Below the pieces are notes generated by a model. The model searched no databases and was not told where the DNA came from. It worked only from the letters and a program-made list of their open reading frames with translations. Both the position numbers and the translations under genes were made by a program. Source: Methanosphaera sp. (GTDB lineage Archaea; Methanobacteriota; Methanobacteria; Methanobacteriales; Methanobacteriaceae). Taken from it: DNA of 36,790 nt. Positions 19,884 to 30,155 of the stretch are shown here, piece by piece; position 1 is the first letter of the stretch, and every line of letters starts with the position of its first letter. The stretch spans positions 1 to 36,790 of the forward strand of contig JAJQHG010000075.1 of NCBI GenBank assembly GCA_021199865.1, read 5' to 3'.

Positions 19884-19926
19884 AAAAAATGCCAAACAAA
19901 GTAACTATCTTTGCTTGGCATTTTTT
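19884..19926. terminator. intrinsic terminator downstream of the thioesterase
   Basis: AAAAAATGCCAAACAAAG-taactat-CTTTGCTTGGCATTTTTT, with A/T runs on both sides. Confidence 0.85.
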
Positions 19927-19959
19927 GTATAAGTCTTACACAACAGACGTTTCATATGA

Positions 19960-20358
19960 TTAACTATTTTTAAGTAGTTTTGAATCTGCTTTGTTTTGGA
20001 ATTTTTCTGCGAACACTATAAATCGAGTGTGTGTACCTTCACCGATTAATCCGACCTCATCGAACGCTTGAACTTTTAGAGTAATCTTTCTATTGTTTAC
20101 TGTTATCACCTCAGCGGTAGCGTATACCTCTAAGCCGATAGGTGTTGCAGATACATGAGTAATATCTAAAGCAGTACCTACGGTAGTAGCACCATTATCG
20201 AGATATCTTTCTAATGCCATAGTAGATGCTTTTTCCATAATAGCTACCATAGATGGTGTAGCAAAGACATCTAAAGAACCACTGCCCATAGTTTTAGCGG
20301 TATTAGATTTATCAACCATAACCTTATATGTTGCTTTTGTACCTATTTCGATATCCAT
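19960..20358 (-). CDS. hot-dog fold thioesterase, fluoroacetyl-CoA thioesterase (FlK)-like
   Basis: MGSGSLDVFATPSMVAIME, TVGT..ITHVSATPIG, IGEGTHTRFIV. The Thr/Glu/His catalytic residues are present. Confidence 0.88.
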   Translation of the reverse strand: MDIEIGTKATYKVMVDKSNTAKTMGSGSLDVFATPSMVAIMEKASTMALERYLDNGATTVGTALDITHVSATPIGLEVYATAEVITVNNRKITLKVQAFDEVGLIGEGTHTRFIVFAEKFQNKADSKLLKNS

Positions 20359-20385
20359 AGATAAACCTCCTTATATTTATAATAA

Positions 20386-22311
20386 CTATTCTATAGAAAC
20401 TTCTTCTGATTCAAGTTCATCGGTTTCATATTGAGCGTACTCAACTAAATCTTGCCCCGATACGTTATCACCTAAGATTCTATCGTACGTAAGGATATCT
20501 AAATCCTCATCGTTAGGCATATCGGTATCATAGCTAGTGGAGTATATTGGAAGTGTTTCCATTTTATCTAACATCGATTGAATGAAACTGTCCTTAGGAG
20601 CATCAATCAAATCCCAGATTACATATGGAAGATAGAACGTTGAAAACTTTTCTGTAGGCATATTAGAATAATCCAAGTCGTAGTTGCTCCAAATGATATA
20701 GTTCTGTTCGAACATCACTTGACAGTTTTCGCTATTTACTCCCATAAGGTCATATACGTTGTTTTCGCCACGCATAGATGGAAAGTGGTCACCTATGAAT
20801 ACTACCACAGTAGGTTCATCTATAGAACTTAGATAGTCTATAAATGATTGTAAAGCATCACCAGTGATGCGAATGTTATTTAGATAGTTAGTAATCTCAT
20901 CGTCAGGATTTTCACCATTGGTATATGGTTGATGGTTCTGCATGGTAGTAGTATGTACATATAAAGGTTCTTCAGAATCTTCAATTAAACTTTCTATTTG
21001 ACGAAATACGGTATCATCGGTTATGTAGTCATCGAGATATTCTATAGGAACGGTAAAGTCATCTTGGAAAATCATAGTATCGAAACCGAATTGAGAGTAT
21101 ACTTTCTTGCGGCTATAGAACGAAGATAAGAATGGGTGTACATAAGCGGTTTGATATCCTAAATGGTGATAGTATTGAACCATAGTAGGCTGTTCACGAG
21201 TTAATAACATTCTTTGAGGCATATTAGGGTCATTTAAAGATTTTACAGGTAGACCGAATAGAAGTTCAAACTCAGTTTTAACAGTAAAACTAGCATAGGT
21301 TGGAACTATTGCAGTGCCTTTGTAACCTTCTGATGCTATACTATCAACCTTGTCATAAGCGTCAGTATCGAGATTTAACTCATCAAAGACTCTAAAGTCG
21401 GCGAAACTTTCGGACATAATCTGTATTACATTAGGTTTAATGCTGTCGCTTTCACCTATACTTAGTATCTCATCAAGGGTATCTTCTTCGTTTTGATTGT
21501 CACCATCTTCGTCTAAGATATCATCTACGGCATCTTCGGTATAGTCTTGAGGTTCTTCTAACTTGTTAGAGATATTTTCCGTAAAAGTCTGTAGAAAGAA
21601 TGCTATAAAGTTATTATTTTCGAACTTTTCATTTACTAAAAAAGCATTGTCAGACTTTGTAGTATCCACATCGAATACGGCATATACCACGTTAGATACA
21701 CTAGGAACTCCAATTATTAGTACACACGAACAGAAAGATATTATCATAGGAATAAATCTTTTCTTGAAAGAGTTCTTTAACTTAGGATTAAACCAAAAAC
21801 AAGCACCTATATAGATAATTAGTAGTAATGCATAGGTTATCAACATAGGAGTTATCTTGATATACGCAAAAGATGTCAAACTTTTAACACTTCGAAATAG
21901 TTTCATATCGGTTAGTATTAAATGATTTCCATTAGTGCCATACTTAAATAGCTCAGCTGTACTTAGGGAAAAGTATACTATGCCTTGAATCAATACAGCC
22001 CAAAAACCTTTTCTAAATAGCAGATACAGTGTGTAGAATATTATTGAAGATATAAAGATATCGAACATAAATATAGTAGGTTTTTCCACTATGAACATTA
22101 TTAATTTACTAGGATATTTGCATTGATTAATCTCTGCTATTAATACTATGAATATAGGGAATAGTATGGTCAATAGCAGATTGGTAGCCCTATAGGTTTC
22201 AGAGTTTAAGTTTCTACGTTCATTCAATCGAGATATTCTATCACGAAGTTTAAAAAAGGTTGTCTTTAACCTTTCTTTCAAGGAAGTTCCTTCTAAGTTT
22301 AGAGTTTGCAT
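20386..22311 (-). CDS. LTA synthase family / sulfatase-like membrane protein
   Basis: About five N-terminal TM helices followed by KPNVIQIMSESF, TVKTEFELLFG, TTMQNHQPY and VVFIGDHFP. Confidence 0.88.
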   Translation of the reverse strand: MQTLNLEGTSLKERLKTTFFKLRDRISRLNERRNLNSETYRATNLLLTILFPIFIVLIAEINQCKYPSKLIMFIVEKPTIFMFDIFISSIIFYTLYLLFRKGFWAVLIQGIVYFSLSTAELFKYGTNGNHLILTDMKLFRSVKSLTSFAYIKITPMLITYALLLIIYIGACFWFNPKLKNSFKKRFIPMIISFCSCVLIIGVPSVSNVVYAVFDVDTTKSDNAFLVNEKFENNNFIAFFLQTFTENISNKLEEPQDYTEDAVDDILDEDGDNQNEEDTLDEILSIGESDSIKPNVIQIMSESFADFRVFDELNLDTDAYDKVDSIASEGYKGTAIVPTYASFTVKTEFELLFGLPVKSLNDPNMPQRMLLTREQPTMVQYYHHLGYQTAYVHPFLSSFYSRKKVYSQFGFDTMIFQDDFTVPIEYLDDYITDDTVFRQIESLIEDSEEPLYVHTTTMQNHQPYTNGENPDDEITNYLNNIRITGDALQSFIDYLSSIDEPTVVVFIGDHFPSMRGENNVYDLMGVNSENCQVMFEQNYIIWSNYDLDYSNMPTEKFSTFYLPYVIWDLIDAPKDSFIQSMLDKMETLPIYSTSYDTDMPNDEDLDILTYDRILGDNVSGQDLVEYAQYETDELESEEVSIE

Positions 22312-22522
22312 AAAAAATCACCTTAATTCAGTTCTATTGTATAGATTTCTTTCTATCTAAATGATAATATATCACAGTAACTAAGATTTTTCAAGAGATT
22401 TTTATGAATTTTTAACATTTCATCACATTGCACAAAATATTAAAATCCTATGGAGTTTCCTTTTAAACTATGCTATAATATAGTAATGAATATAAATTTT
22501 ACCTAAGAAAGGAGTTCTATCT

Positions 22523-23233
22523 ATGTTAGCCGTAGTTACGGGAGGTTCTAAAGGTATTGGAGAAGCTATTTGCAGGCAACTCGCTAACGATGGTTACACT
22601 GTAGTAGTAAACTATAATAGTAGTGGATTACAAGCAGAACGCATCGCTAATGAGATAGGTGGATATTCTTATCATGCAGATATCTCTAATTTGGAAGAAG
22701 TTAAATCTATGATAGACTATACTATTCAAAACTTTGGGAATATAGACTTATTAGTAAACAATGCAGGGATATCTGTAGTAGGGTTGTTCCATGAGATTTC
22801 ACAAGTAGACGTTAAGAAAATCTTAGATATAAACTTAAATGGCGTATTTAACTGTACCTCTGAAGTGGTTAAGCATATGATATCTAAGAAGAGTGGTAAC
22901 ATTATAAACATATCATCTATGTGGGGTGAAGTAGGGGGTTCATGTGAGGTACATTATTCTGCTACAAAGTCAGCTATAATAGGATTCACTAAGGCACTAG
23001 CTAAAGAGGTTGGACTATCTGGAATTAGAGTAAACTGTGTATCTCCAGGAGTTATAGACACATCTATGAATGAACATCTTACCGAAGATGATATAAACTC
23101 ACTTAAAGAGGAGATTCCATTATACAGGTTAGGTACTCCACAAGATGTAGCGAACGTAGTAAGTTTTCTAGCATCTGAGAGAGCATCTTATATAACTGCT
23201 CAAGATATTGCAGTGAATGGTGGTATATGTTAA
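22523..23233 (+). CDS. ymfI: short-chain dehydrogenase/reductase, FabG-like, YmfI (EF-P 5-aminopentanone reductase) subfamily
   Basis: TGGSKGIG, LVNNAG, YxxxK (YSATK). The segment ISSMWGEVGGSCEVHYSATK is typical of YmfI-like proteins. Confidence 0.7.
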   Translation: MLAVVTGGSKGIGEAICRQLANDGYTVVVNYNSSGLQAERIANEIGGYSYHADISNLEEVKSMIDYTIQNFGNIDLLVNNAGISVVGLFHEISQVDVKKILDINLNGVFNCTSEVVKHMISKKSGNIINISSMWGEVGGSCEVHYSATKSAIIGFTKALAKEVGLSGIRVNCVSPGVIDTSMNEHLTEDDINSLKEEIPLYRLGTPQDVANVVSFLASERASYITAQDIAVNGGIC

Positions 23234-23271
23234 TTGAAAGTTTCAAATTAAGCTTTACGGGGGGATATCTA

Positions 23272-23718
23272 TTGAAAGTATATCGAGCAGACAATAACTG
23301 CATGATATTTATTAAGATAATTATAATATTAGTAATGTTAGGTGTAGACATAGTATCATATATATATCTACAAAGTTATAAGTTGATAATGTATATATTA
23401 ATGGGTAGTATAACGGTGTTAGGGATATTCTTTGCATCGATATATGTACCTTTGTACTTCAAAAGGATATCTTTTAAGGTAAGCAAAGATATTCTATCTA
23501 AAAAGAGTGGTTTCTTTATTAAGACTAATCAGACTATGAAAGTTTCATCTGTTCAGTATGTAACTTCTATATATATTCCTCTGTTTAGATATATTGGTTT
23601 TAACTTTATAATCTTTAATGCCTTAGGAGGTCACTTAATCTTTAGTTTTTTAAGTAAGCAAGATAGTTCCGAAATATTGGAGCTTATCGATAATCAGATT
23701 AATGAAGGAGGTTCTTAA
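23272..23718 (+). CDS. bacterial PH-domain membrane protein (YdbS-like)
   Basis: Two TM helices followed by KKSGFFIKTNQTMKVSSVQYV. Probable TTG start at 23272 after a G-rich RBS. Paired with a YdbT-like gene. Confidence 0.7.
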   Translation: MKVYRADNNCMIFIKIIIILVMLGVDIVSYIYLQSYKLIMYILMGSITVLGIFFASIYVPLYFKRISFKVSKDILSKKSGFFIKTNQTMKVSSVQYVTSIYIPLFRYIGFNFIIFNALGGHLIFSFLSKQDSSEILELIDNQINEGGS

Positions 23719-23719
23719 T

Positions 23720-24919
23720 ATGAAACGTCAGCACCCTTTAAAGATGCTCTCATACTCAGCAAAGAACCTTTGGTTATTGATATTCCCCCTACTTAGAGGC
23801 TTATTTTCTATACATTTTGGTGATGCTAAAGCTCTATTAGATTGGTTCGCTGGTGCTTGGTTCGATATATTAACCTTACTGATAATACTATTTACTGGAT
23901 ATATTAGATGGCAGTTTTCACGCTTTAATATTAAGGATAATCAAATAGTGTTCTCAAATGGTGTAATCGTTAGAACTAGAAAAGTTATCCCATTGAAGAG
24001 TATATCTGCGGTTACAGAGGAAAAGTCTTTCTATTTAAGACCTTTTAAGGCTACTAAGGTATTGGTAAACACTCGTGCAGGTACTTTGGATAAAGATTTA
24101 TCCTTGATAGTTAATGAAGAAGTTCTACATTGGCTAAGAATGGCTATTGGTAGTAACGATGTAACTACTGATAATAGTAAATCTTTTGAGTATAAGCCTA
24201 ATTTTTGGCATACTTTCTTCTTTTCATTTATATTTTCAAGCACTCTAACGGGAGCAATCTATATCTTTGTATTTCTATTCAAAGCGGGTAGCATAGTAGA
24301 GCAATTTCTTCAACGTTCTGTACTAGATGAGTTTAACTTGGTTACTGAAACTGTCACCGATAAGTTAATGCTTAACGTATCGCCAATATTCGTTGGACTT
24401 TCTTTAATAATAGCTTTTAGTTGGATACTATCATTCATTACAAACATAGTTAGATATACTAAGTTTAGGATTAAGAAAAACTCTCAAGGAGTGTTTATTC
24501 GCACTGGAGTTATGACTAAACGTCGTTATAAGATATGTGAAAATATGGTTAATTATACAGACCTATGCCAAAGTTTTTGGACTAAAATATTTAAGTTTGT
24601 ATCTATAAATGTAAACTGTTCAGGGTATGGCTCTTCAACCGATGAGATTCCTGTATTTATACCTATAATGAGTAGAAAAAACTGTCAAAATACTGTATCT
24701 GCGATTATGCCTAATATGAAGATATATCCTAATAACTATAAGCCTCGTTGGACTAACTTTTGGCGTTATACTTATAAGGCAATAATTTCATGTGTGTTAG
24801 TATTGTCGATATACTTTATATCTATGTATTTCTTTCCAGATGCTATTAACATTATCAAGTTTTTAACTCTCATGGTAGAGTTACCTCTTATGTGGTATTT
24901 AATAATAAGTATAATATAA
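23720..24919 (+). CDS. multi-PH-domain membrane protein (YdbT-like), probably C-terminally truncated
   Basis: MKRQHPL start after AAGGAGG. Repeated TM-pair plus PH units (NGVIVRTRKVIPLKSI; TGVMTKRRYKI). Ends right after the third TM pair, without a final PH unit, next to the junction. Confidence 0.75.
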   Translation: MKRQHPLKMLSYSAKNLWLLIFPLLRGLFSIHFGDAKALLDWFAGAWFDILTLLIILFTGYIRWQFSRFNIKDNQIVFSNGVIVRTRKVIPLKSISAVTEEKSFYLRPFKATKVLVNTRAGTLDKDLSLIVNEEVLHWLRMAIGSNDVTTDNSKSFEYKPNFWHTFFFSFIFSSTLTGAIYIFVFLFKAGSIVEQFLQRSVLDEFNLVTETVTDKLMLNVSPIFVGLSLIIAFSWILSFITNIVRYTKFRIKKNSQGVFIRTGVMTKRRYKICENMVNYTDLCQSFWTKIFKFVSINVNCSGYGSSTDEIPVFIPIMSRKNCQNTVSAIMPNMKIYPNNYKPRWTNFWRYTYKAIISCVLVLSIYFISMYFFPDAINIIKFLTLMVELPLMWYLIISII

Positions 24920-25068
24920 TTTTATAAATACGGAGTATTTCATGTATATGTCTTGAGTAATTATTACTAAAAATAGGTATTAGTGGTTTAGTAGATTTAT
25001 ATAAAAAATAATAAAAAATAGTTTTTGGTGGTAAATCAAAAGAAAAAAAATATTAGAGAAATAGAGAT
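24920..25068. other. junction between bacterial and archaeal sequence
   Basis: Firmicute genes lie to the left and archaea-specific ribosomal and translation genes to the right. The flanking bacterial gene is truncated, and no mobile element is present. Confidence 0.85.
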
Positions 25069-25488
25069 TTATGGTTGTACTCCGTTTTCCTTCATTAATT
25101 TCTCTGCTTCAGGTCTCTTTTGAGCTATTTGATCAGTGATTGTTTGAAGAGTCTCTGTTAGTTGATTAATAAGTTTCTCAACTTCCTCTTTATCCTTGCT
25201 TAGTGTCTCTGTTGTCTCATCAATACTTCTAGTGATTGCTACATCAGAACCTACACCAACAATAACATCCTCACTTTTAAGTTCTGTCTTAACAAAACAT
25301 CCTGCACCTATAGGTACAAGAGTCTCCTTACCAACAGACCCCTTAATTGCCTTAACAGCATCTCTTGCATTGTTAATATCAGTTAGAGATACATTTAATT
25401 GTTCTATCTGTTGAGAGATAGTTTCACCCTGTTGCTGTAACTGGTTTAATTCTGCTGTTAATTCCTGAATCCTTTGTTGACTTTCCAT
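25069..25488 (-). CDS. pfdA: prefoldin subunit alpha
   Basis: Coiled coil, ETLVPIGAGCFV..VIVGVGSDVAI, coiled coil. Canonical position after rpl18a. Confidence 0.93.
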   Translation of the reverse strand: MESQQRIQELTAELNQLQQQGETISQQIEQLNVSLTDINNARDAVKAIKGSVGKETLVPIGAGCFVKTELKSEDVIVGVGSDVAITRSIDETTETLSKDKEEVEKLINQLTETLQTITDQIAQKRPEAEKLMKENGVQP

Positions 25489-25519
25489 GTTAATAACGCC
25501 TCAGTTATAAATGGCACTC

Positions 25520-25744
25520 TTATATTAATGATCTTACAATATGATCTGTGACTTCATCAGCACTAATCTCAGTAATCTCATCAAAAACAATCTGATTCCT
25601 GTTTAGTCTATGTTTACTACCAAATTCAGAGTATAGTTTTTCCTCAACATCAGCCTCTTTGACTGCCTTTAATTCCCTAGTAAACTTCTTAGTTTTATCA
25701 ACATCTAATAATTTTCCTTTTACTCTAAATATTTTTGTTTTCAT
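25520..25744 (-). CDS. rpl18a: 50S ribosomal protein L18Ae/LX (eL20)
   Basis: [30 protein letters not shown]. Confidence 0.93.
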   Translation of the reverse strand: MKTKIFRVKGKLLDVDKTKKFTRELKAVKEADVEEKLYSEFGSKHRLNRNQIVFDEITEISADEVTDHIVRSLI

Positions 25745-26415
25745 AATGATCCCTCAAATAAATTAAATACTTGGTCAATCCTTGCTAGTTCAGGTCCAGT
25801 AGTCTTATTTCCTACTATTACACCCTTAGAATTTGCAATGATACATGCTCCTACTAGTTTAACTCCACGGTTAACTGTACCTATCTCAGCTGGTACTCCT
25901 AACACATCTTCAATCATATCTAATTCATCCTCTGATGCATCTGGATGTACAAGTGCACCCCTATTTGTTGCAGCAATTGCTGAACCAACAATATCTAATC
26001 CAGCAACAGTCATACCAACAACCTCTACCTCTAGAGTCTTCCTGATAATACTCTTAGCCTTATTAGAAATATTAGGATTTACTATAACTCCATTATCATT
26101 AGCCACAATAATATTACCTATTGCAGTTAATGTGTCTGGCATGACCTCAACATTAACATTATTCTCACGTAGAATATCTAGTTCATGTGAAAAAACATGT
26201 TGTGAAACAAGTAACCCATTAGAGTTACCAGCCATCAGTGCTCCAGCTAGATTACTACCACAGATTGGAGTTTTTATCACAGGAACATTTAATGTTTCCT
26301 TGATAGTCTCTAGGTATGAATCCTGGAGTCCTGGGGATACTATAGCAACATTATCCTTTGCTAGTATAGAAACACCTAAGTTAGGATTTCCATCAATATC
26401 AAATCTTTGTATCAT
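25741..26415 (-). CDS. eif6: translation initiation factor 6 (aIF6)
   Basis: [42 protein letters not shown]. Confidence 0.95.
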   Translation of the reverse strand: MIQRFDIDGNPNLGVSILAKDNVAIVSPGLQDSYLETIKETLNVPVIKTPICGSNLAGALMAGNSNGLLVSQHVFSHELDILRENNVNVEVMPDTLTAIGNIIVANDNGVIVNPNISNKAKSIIRKTLEVEVVGMTVAGLDIVGSAIAATNRGALVHPDASEDELDMIEDVLGVPAEIGTVNRGVKLVGACIIANSKGVIVGNKTTGPELARIDQVFNLFEGSL

Positions 26416-26640
26416 ATTCTCACTCTATCTGTGAACTATTTCTATTAAAAATGTATCAATATAACTAGAAATGTACATCTCTTAAACATTCTAGGTTATA
26501 TTATGTAGTAAGAGAGTTGATTAAGTTCTCTAAATATTTACATGTATACATTATTATCTAAAATCCTTAGTAACTCGTATTATATGATAAAGAGTTTAGA
26601 TAACATAATATTTTCATAGTTAGCTTATAGTAAATAAAAA

Positions 26641-26886
26641 TTATTCATCTACTAATGTTACTTCTACAGTTCCATCTTCCTCTACAGCTTTAACCTTAAT
26701 CTTAGAAGGGATTTTCTCTAGTCCTCTCTCCCAGATCTTCTCATTAACTGATGTATCAATAATTACATCCTCTGCCTTCATATGTTTAGTAATGAACTCA
26801 CGGATGTATCTCATTGCTCTTGGTGATCTTTTAGTACGAGGTACTCTTTTAACATCCCTTAAAGGAATAGTATAAATTCTCTCCAT
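26641..26886 (-). CDS. rpl31e: 50S ribosomal protein L31e
   Basis: [30 protein letters not shown]. Confidence 0.96.
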   Translation of the reverse strand: MERIYTIPLRDVKRVPRTKRSPRAMRYIREFITKHMKAEDVIIDTSVNEKIWERGLEKIPSKIKVKAVEEDGTVEVTLVDE

Positions 26887-26947
26887 TCTAATACACTCCT
26901 ATAAATCAGTTTACATAAATAAAATAAAGCACAAACCCAGTACAGGA

Positions 26948-27103
26948 TTATACTTTAATTTTACTTCTCCTCCATTGTCTACTCTTTGGGTGAGTTCTAA
27001 GTTTTCTTGATGTTTTCATCATAGCAAAGATAGGAACTCTTCTGTTCTGTTTAGTCTTCTTAGCTAATCTAATTTTTTTAGGTAAAGTCTTATTTTTACT
27101 CAT
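26948..27103 (-). CDS. rpl39e: 50S ribosomal protein L39e (absent from the ORF track, 51 aa)
   Basis: Manual translation gives [51 protein letters not shown]. Conserved position upstream of rpl31e. Confidence 0.95.
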   Translation of the reverse strand: MSKNKTLPKKIRLAKKTKQNRRVPIFAMMKTSRKLRTHPKSRQWRRSKIKV

Positions 27104-27686
27104 TTTTATTCCATCCTATAACTTTTGACTGAATATGTTGTGGGAAAATATTTGATATATCATAACCGTTATCCATAAGACTTACACGTATCTCCATCTC
27201 ATAGTCAGAACTATTATAAATATCACTAGGATGTTGATCAATCTCAAATAGGTCATCACTTACATCATTAATTGTCTTATAACCAATACCTGTAAGATTA
27301 ACATACTGGATATTCTTACGATCCTCTAAGCTCTGTATCTGTGACTGTGTAAGTTTAGGTATACGATCCTCACGTCTAGTTCCATCAGCTATAACATCAT
27401 ACTCATCTGCCAGGTGTTCAAGTACAGTGTGATGAATATAATTAATACCATTATTAGGAAACTGATCCTCTATAATCATATTAACAGCATCCTCCAATAT
27501 ACTCCTATCAAGGCTTATAACTCTATGCTTAAATCCAAGATTCTCTGCAGACTTCTTTGCAGGAATTGTTGAATCAAACAAACCAAAATTAATAGTCACA
27601 AGCTCAACATCATATCCTAGCCTGTCAAGTATAACAGCCATCAGGGAACTATCCTTTCCACCACTATATAATACAGCTGTTTTCAT
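27096..27686 (-). CDS. archaeal PP-loop (adenine nucleotide alpha hydrolase) family protein
   Basis: [13 protein letters not shown]-loop, [20 protein letters not shown]. Conserved archaeal position between PDCD5 and rpl39e. Confidence 0.85.
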   Translation of the reverse strand: MKTAVLYSGGKDSSLMAVILDRLGYDVELVTINFGLFDSTIPAKKSAENLGFKHRVISLDRSILEDAVNMIIEDQFPNNGINYIHHTVLEHLADEYDVIADGTRREDRIPKLTQSQIQSLEDRKNIQYVNLTGIGYKTINDVSDDLFEIDQHPSDIYNSSDYEMEIRVSLMDNGYDISNIFPQHIQSKVIGWNKNE

Positions 27687-27698
27687 AATTTATCAAGT

Positions 27699-28055
27699 TT
27701 ATTTTCTGGTAATATGAATTTCACGTTTATTACTTGTTGTTTGGTTAAGTATCTGTTTTAATGTATCATCACTAACAGGTATCTGTATACGACCAGACTG
27801 AGCTAAACTAATTAACTGCATCTCTATTGAATTAACAAGTTCAGGCTTAGTTAGTCTAAGATTAGAGAGTCTTTGACGCGCCTCAGCAGACAGAATCTGT
27901 CTAAGTGCAGTCTTCTTTTCTTCCTCAAACTGTTGTTGGGCAGCCTGTTGTTGTTGCATTTGCTGAAGATCAACACCCTGTTGATTCATCTGTTGTTGCT
28001 GTTGTTGTTGTAGTTCTTGCATTCTTCTACGTCTTATCTCGTCAAGTTCACTCAT
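27699..28055 (-). CDS. PDCD5-like double-stranded DNA-binding protein
   Basis: ELDEIRRRRMQELQ..LRQILSAEARQRLSNLRLTKPE..LAQSGRI, with a Q-rich linker. Confidence 0.92.
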   Translation of the reverse strand: MSELDEIRRRRMQELQQQQQQQMNQQGVDLQQMQQQQAAQQQFEEEKKTALRQILSAEARQRLSNLRLTKPELVNSIEMQLISLAQSGRIQIPVSDDTLKQILNQTTSNKREIHITRK

Positions 28056-28096
28056 AATAACAACTCCTTATACACGTATTCATGATTACTATAATT

Positions 28097-28534
28097 TTAA
28101 TATTTTGATAACTCAGGAATATCTTTAATTATCTCAGTTGCCTTATTATCTAAGTATGATTGACCAGCTGGGGTAACAGTTCTTCCTTTTTCTGTCTGTT
28201 GAACGTATCCAATATCCTCTAATTGTTGTAGAGCAGTTCTGATTATGGATCCACTACCTTTTCTGAACTTGTTAGGTGCTCCACCCATATCCTTTGCTCC
28301 ACCGTACTTGGTTTGTAGTTTACCAATACCGACTGGACCATCAACATATACTCTTCTTAATAAACTTGCTGTTCTTACATACCACCAATCTGGGTCTTCT
28401 GGTCTACGTTCTTTGTGTACACCAGTCTTAACAAATTGAGACCATGCAGGTGGATTTACTTTACTATTATCTTTTAATTCTTTACTTACTGCACTAATTA
28501 AACTCTCAGCAGGTACATCAAATGCTGTTGTCAT
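28097..28534 (-). CDS. rps19e: 30S ribosomal protein S19e
   Basis: FVKTGVHKERRP..WWYVRTASLLR..GSGSIIRTALQQLE. Confidence 0.97.
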   Translation of the reverse strand: MTTAFDVPAESLISAVSKELKDNSKVNPPAWSQFVKTGVHKERRPEDPDWWYVRTASLLRRVYVDGPVGIGKLQTKYGGAKDMGGAPNKFRKGSGSIIRTALQQLEDIGYVQQTEKGRTVTPAGQSYLDNKATEIIKDIPELSKY

Positions 28535-28591
28535 GTTTAATATGCCTCCTATAAAATATAATGCTAAAAATGATTTCTAATTTCTTAGAGA

Positions 28592-28852
28592 TTACTTTCT
28601 CTTATATAATACAGCAACATTACCTCTAACATCAATAAGTTTAGACTTAGTATTAGACACGATCTCCTCTAGGAATTCATCCTTATTAGATGCAATATTT
28701 CTAGTAAAACGTATCTTTACTACTTCATTATTCTTTAATTGACGTTTAATTTCCTCGATAACCTTGTCATTAACACCATTTCTTCCAATATTAATTTCAA
28801 CAGTATCAAGAGAATTTCTCATTATTTCTTTTCTACTCTGGACTTTGCTCAA
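28592..28852 (-). CDS. YhbY/CRM-domain RNA-binding protein
   Basis: INIGRNGV..EEIKRQLKNNEVVKIRF..DVRGNVAVLYK. TTG start. Confidence 0.9.
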   Translation of the reverse strand: MSKVQSRKEIMRNSLDTVEINIGRNGVNDKVIEEIKRQLKNNEVVKIRFTRNIASNKDEFLEEIVSNTKSKLIDVRGNVAVLYKRK

Positions 28853-28870
28853 ATCAATCTCTCCATTAAA

Positions 28871-29188
28871 CTATTTATCTTTTTTAGTGTAAGGAACTCT
28901 AGTAACATGTCCACACTCTAAGCATTGTCTGTGAATCATATTATCTTTAAGTCTTACTCTTAAGTTGAATCCTGGTTTAAGGAATTTATTACAATTTTTA
29001 CAAAACCTTCCTCGCCAATAATCAGGTAATGGTATATTATATTTAGTAGAGATATCACGAGTTAACTTAACATAACGATCAGATCGTTCTGGGTGAGTGG
29101 AAAATTCCTCCTCTGCTTGATTAAACAATATCTGCATTCTCTCGGATGCTATCTTGTTTACCCAATTAGGTCGTTTTCTTCTACTCAA
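28871..29188 (-). CDS. rnp4: ribonuclease P protein component 4 (Rpp21)
   Basis: IASERMQILF..RYV..FCKNC..PG..RVR..CLECG zinc ribbon. Confidence 0.93.
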   Translation of the reverse strand: MSRRKRPNWVNKIASERMQILFNQAEEEFSTHPERSDRYVKLTRDISTKYNIPLPDYWRGRFCKNCNKFLKPGFNLRVRLKDNMIHRQCLECGHVTRVPYTKKDK

Positions 29189-29479
29189 AAATATCTAATC
29201 CTCTAAAAAATATAGAATATTCTTCTTAAGTGCAAGGAATGAATTTATGAAAAACATAAATTTAGATAGTAAACTTAAGAATAATAATATAAGTTATTTA
29301 TTTTATTATTTAAATAAGTTATGTTATTTTCATTGAATTAATATAAAAAATAGTATATAATTGACTTAATCTACAATGAAATTACATCAATATATTTCAT
29401 TCTAGGGATAATTAATTAATTATAGAAAAAATTTATATAAGATGTTAATCAAAAATTTTAGGAATAATTATATTATAAA

Positions 29480-29530
29480 GTTAATATTATCCGTGTTTAT
29501 ATTATCCTTGTTAATATTATCAGTGTTTAT
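29480..29530. repeat. 21-bp direct repeat pair in an intergenic region
   Basis: GTTAATATTATCCGTGTTTAT (29480-29500) and GTTAATATTATCAGTGTTTAT (29510-29530), one mismatch. Confidence 0.7.
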
Positions 29531-29576
29531 TAATTAAAAATATGATAATACATAGTTAAGATAAGATTATTATACT

Positions 29577-30122
29577 TTAGTTTAGATATGAGAAATAATC
29601 AGCTAAGTAATCAACTTGACCAGCAGGATATGACTTGGATCCACTAATAATACCCATAATATCATCAACAACCTCATCAATACTTAAATTAGATGTATCA
29701 ATCTCCGAGATATTATCACCATAAGTCTCATATGCCTCACTAGTACATATACCAAGAATCTCAGCACTAATATTCTCCTGAACCTTCTTATCACTCCATC
29801 CACGACTATCTAGACGTAGACTTAATACATCAGGATTACATCTAAGAATAATAACACAGTCAGCATTAGGATAATCATGTGCCAAGTGACCCTCAAATAC
29901 TATATCATCTTCTGGATTACTATTTCTAATATTATCAATTATAGGTATCATAGCCTCTGTATCAACAATTCTATATCCACGCTCATCATCAATACCCATA
30001 TCTAAGTCATAATCATCAAGTAAACTGTTAATACTAATTAACATAGAATTAGTCTTCTTAGATAATTTATCAGATACCGTTGTCTTTCCACAGCCAGGAG
30101 TACCTGTAATAATAATCATCAT
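29577..30122 (-). CDS. AK6/Fap7-type adenylate kinase / nucleotide kinase
   Basis: IIITGTPGCGKTT P-loop, VFEGHLAH, ILRCNP..RL..RGW...KVQEN..AE. Confidence 0.9.
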   Translation of the reverse strand: MMIIITGTPGCGKTTVSDKLSKKTNSMLISINSLLDDYDLDMGIDDERGYRIVDTEAMIPIIDNIRNSNPEDDIVFEGHLAHDYPNADCVIILRCNPDVLSLRLDSRGWSDKKVQENISAEILGICTSEAYETYGDNISEIDTSNLSIDEVVDDIMGIISGSKSYPAGQVDYLADYFSYLN

Positions 30123-30155
30123 AGAAATCAATAATATAAAAAAAAAGGAGTAGTA

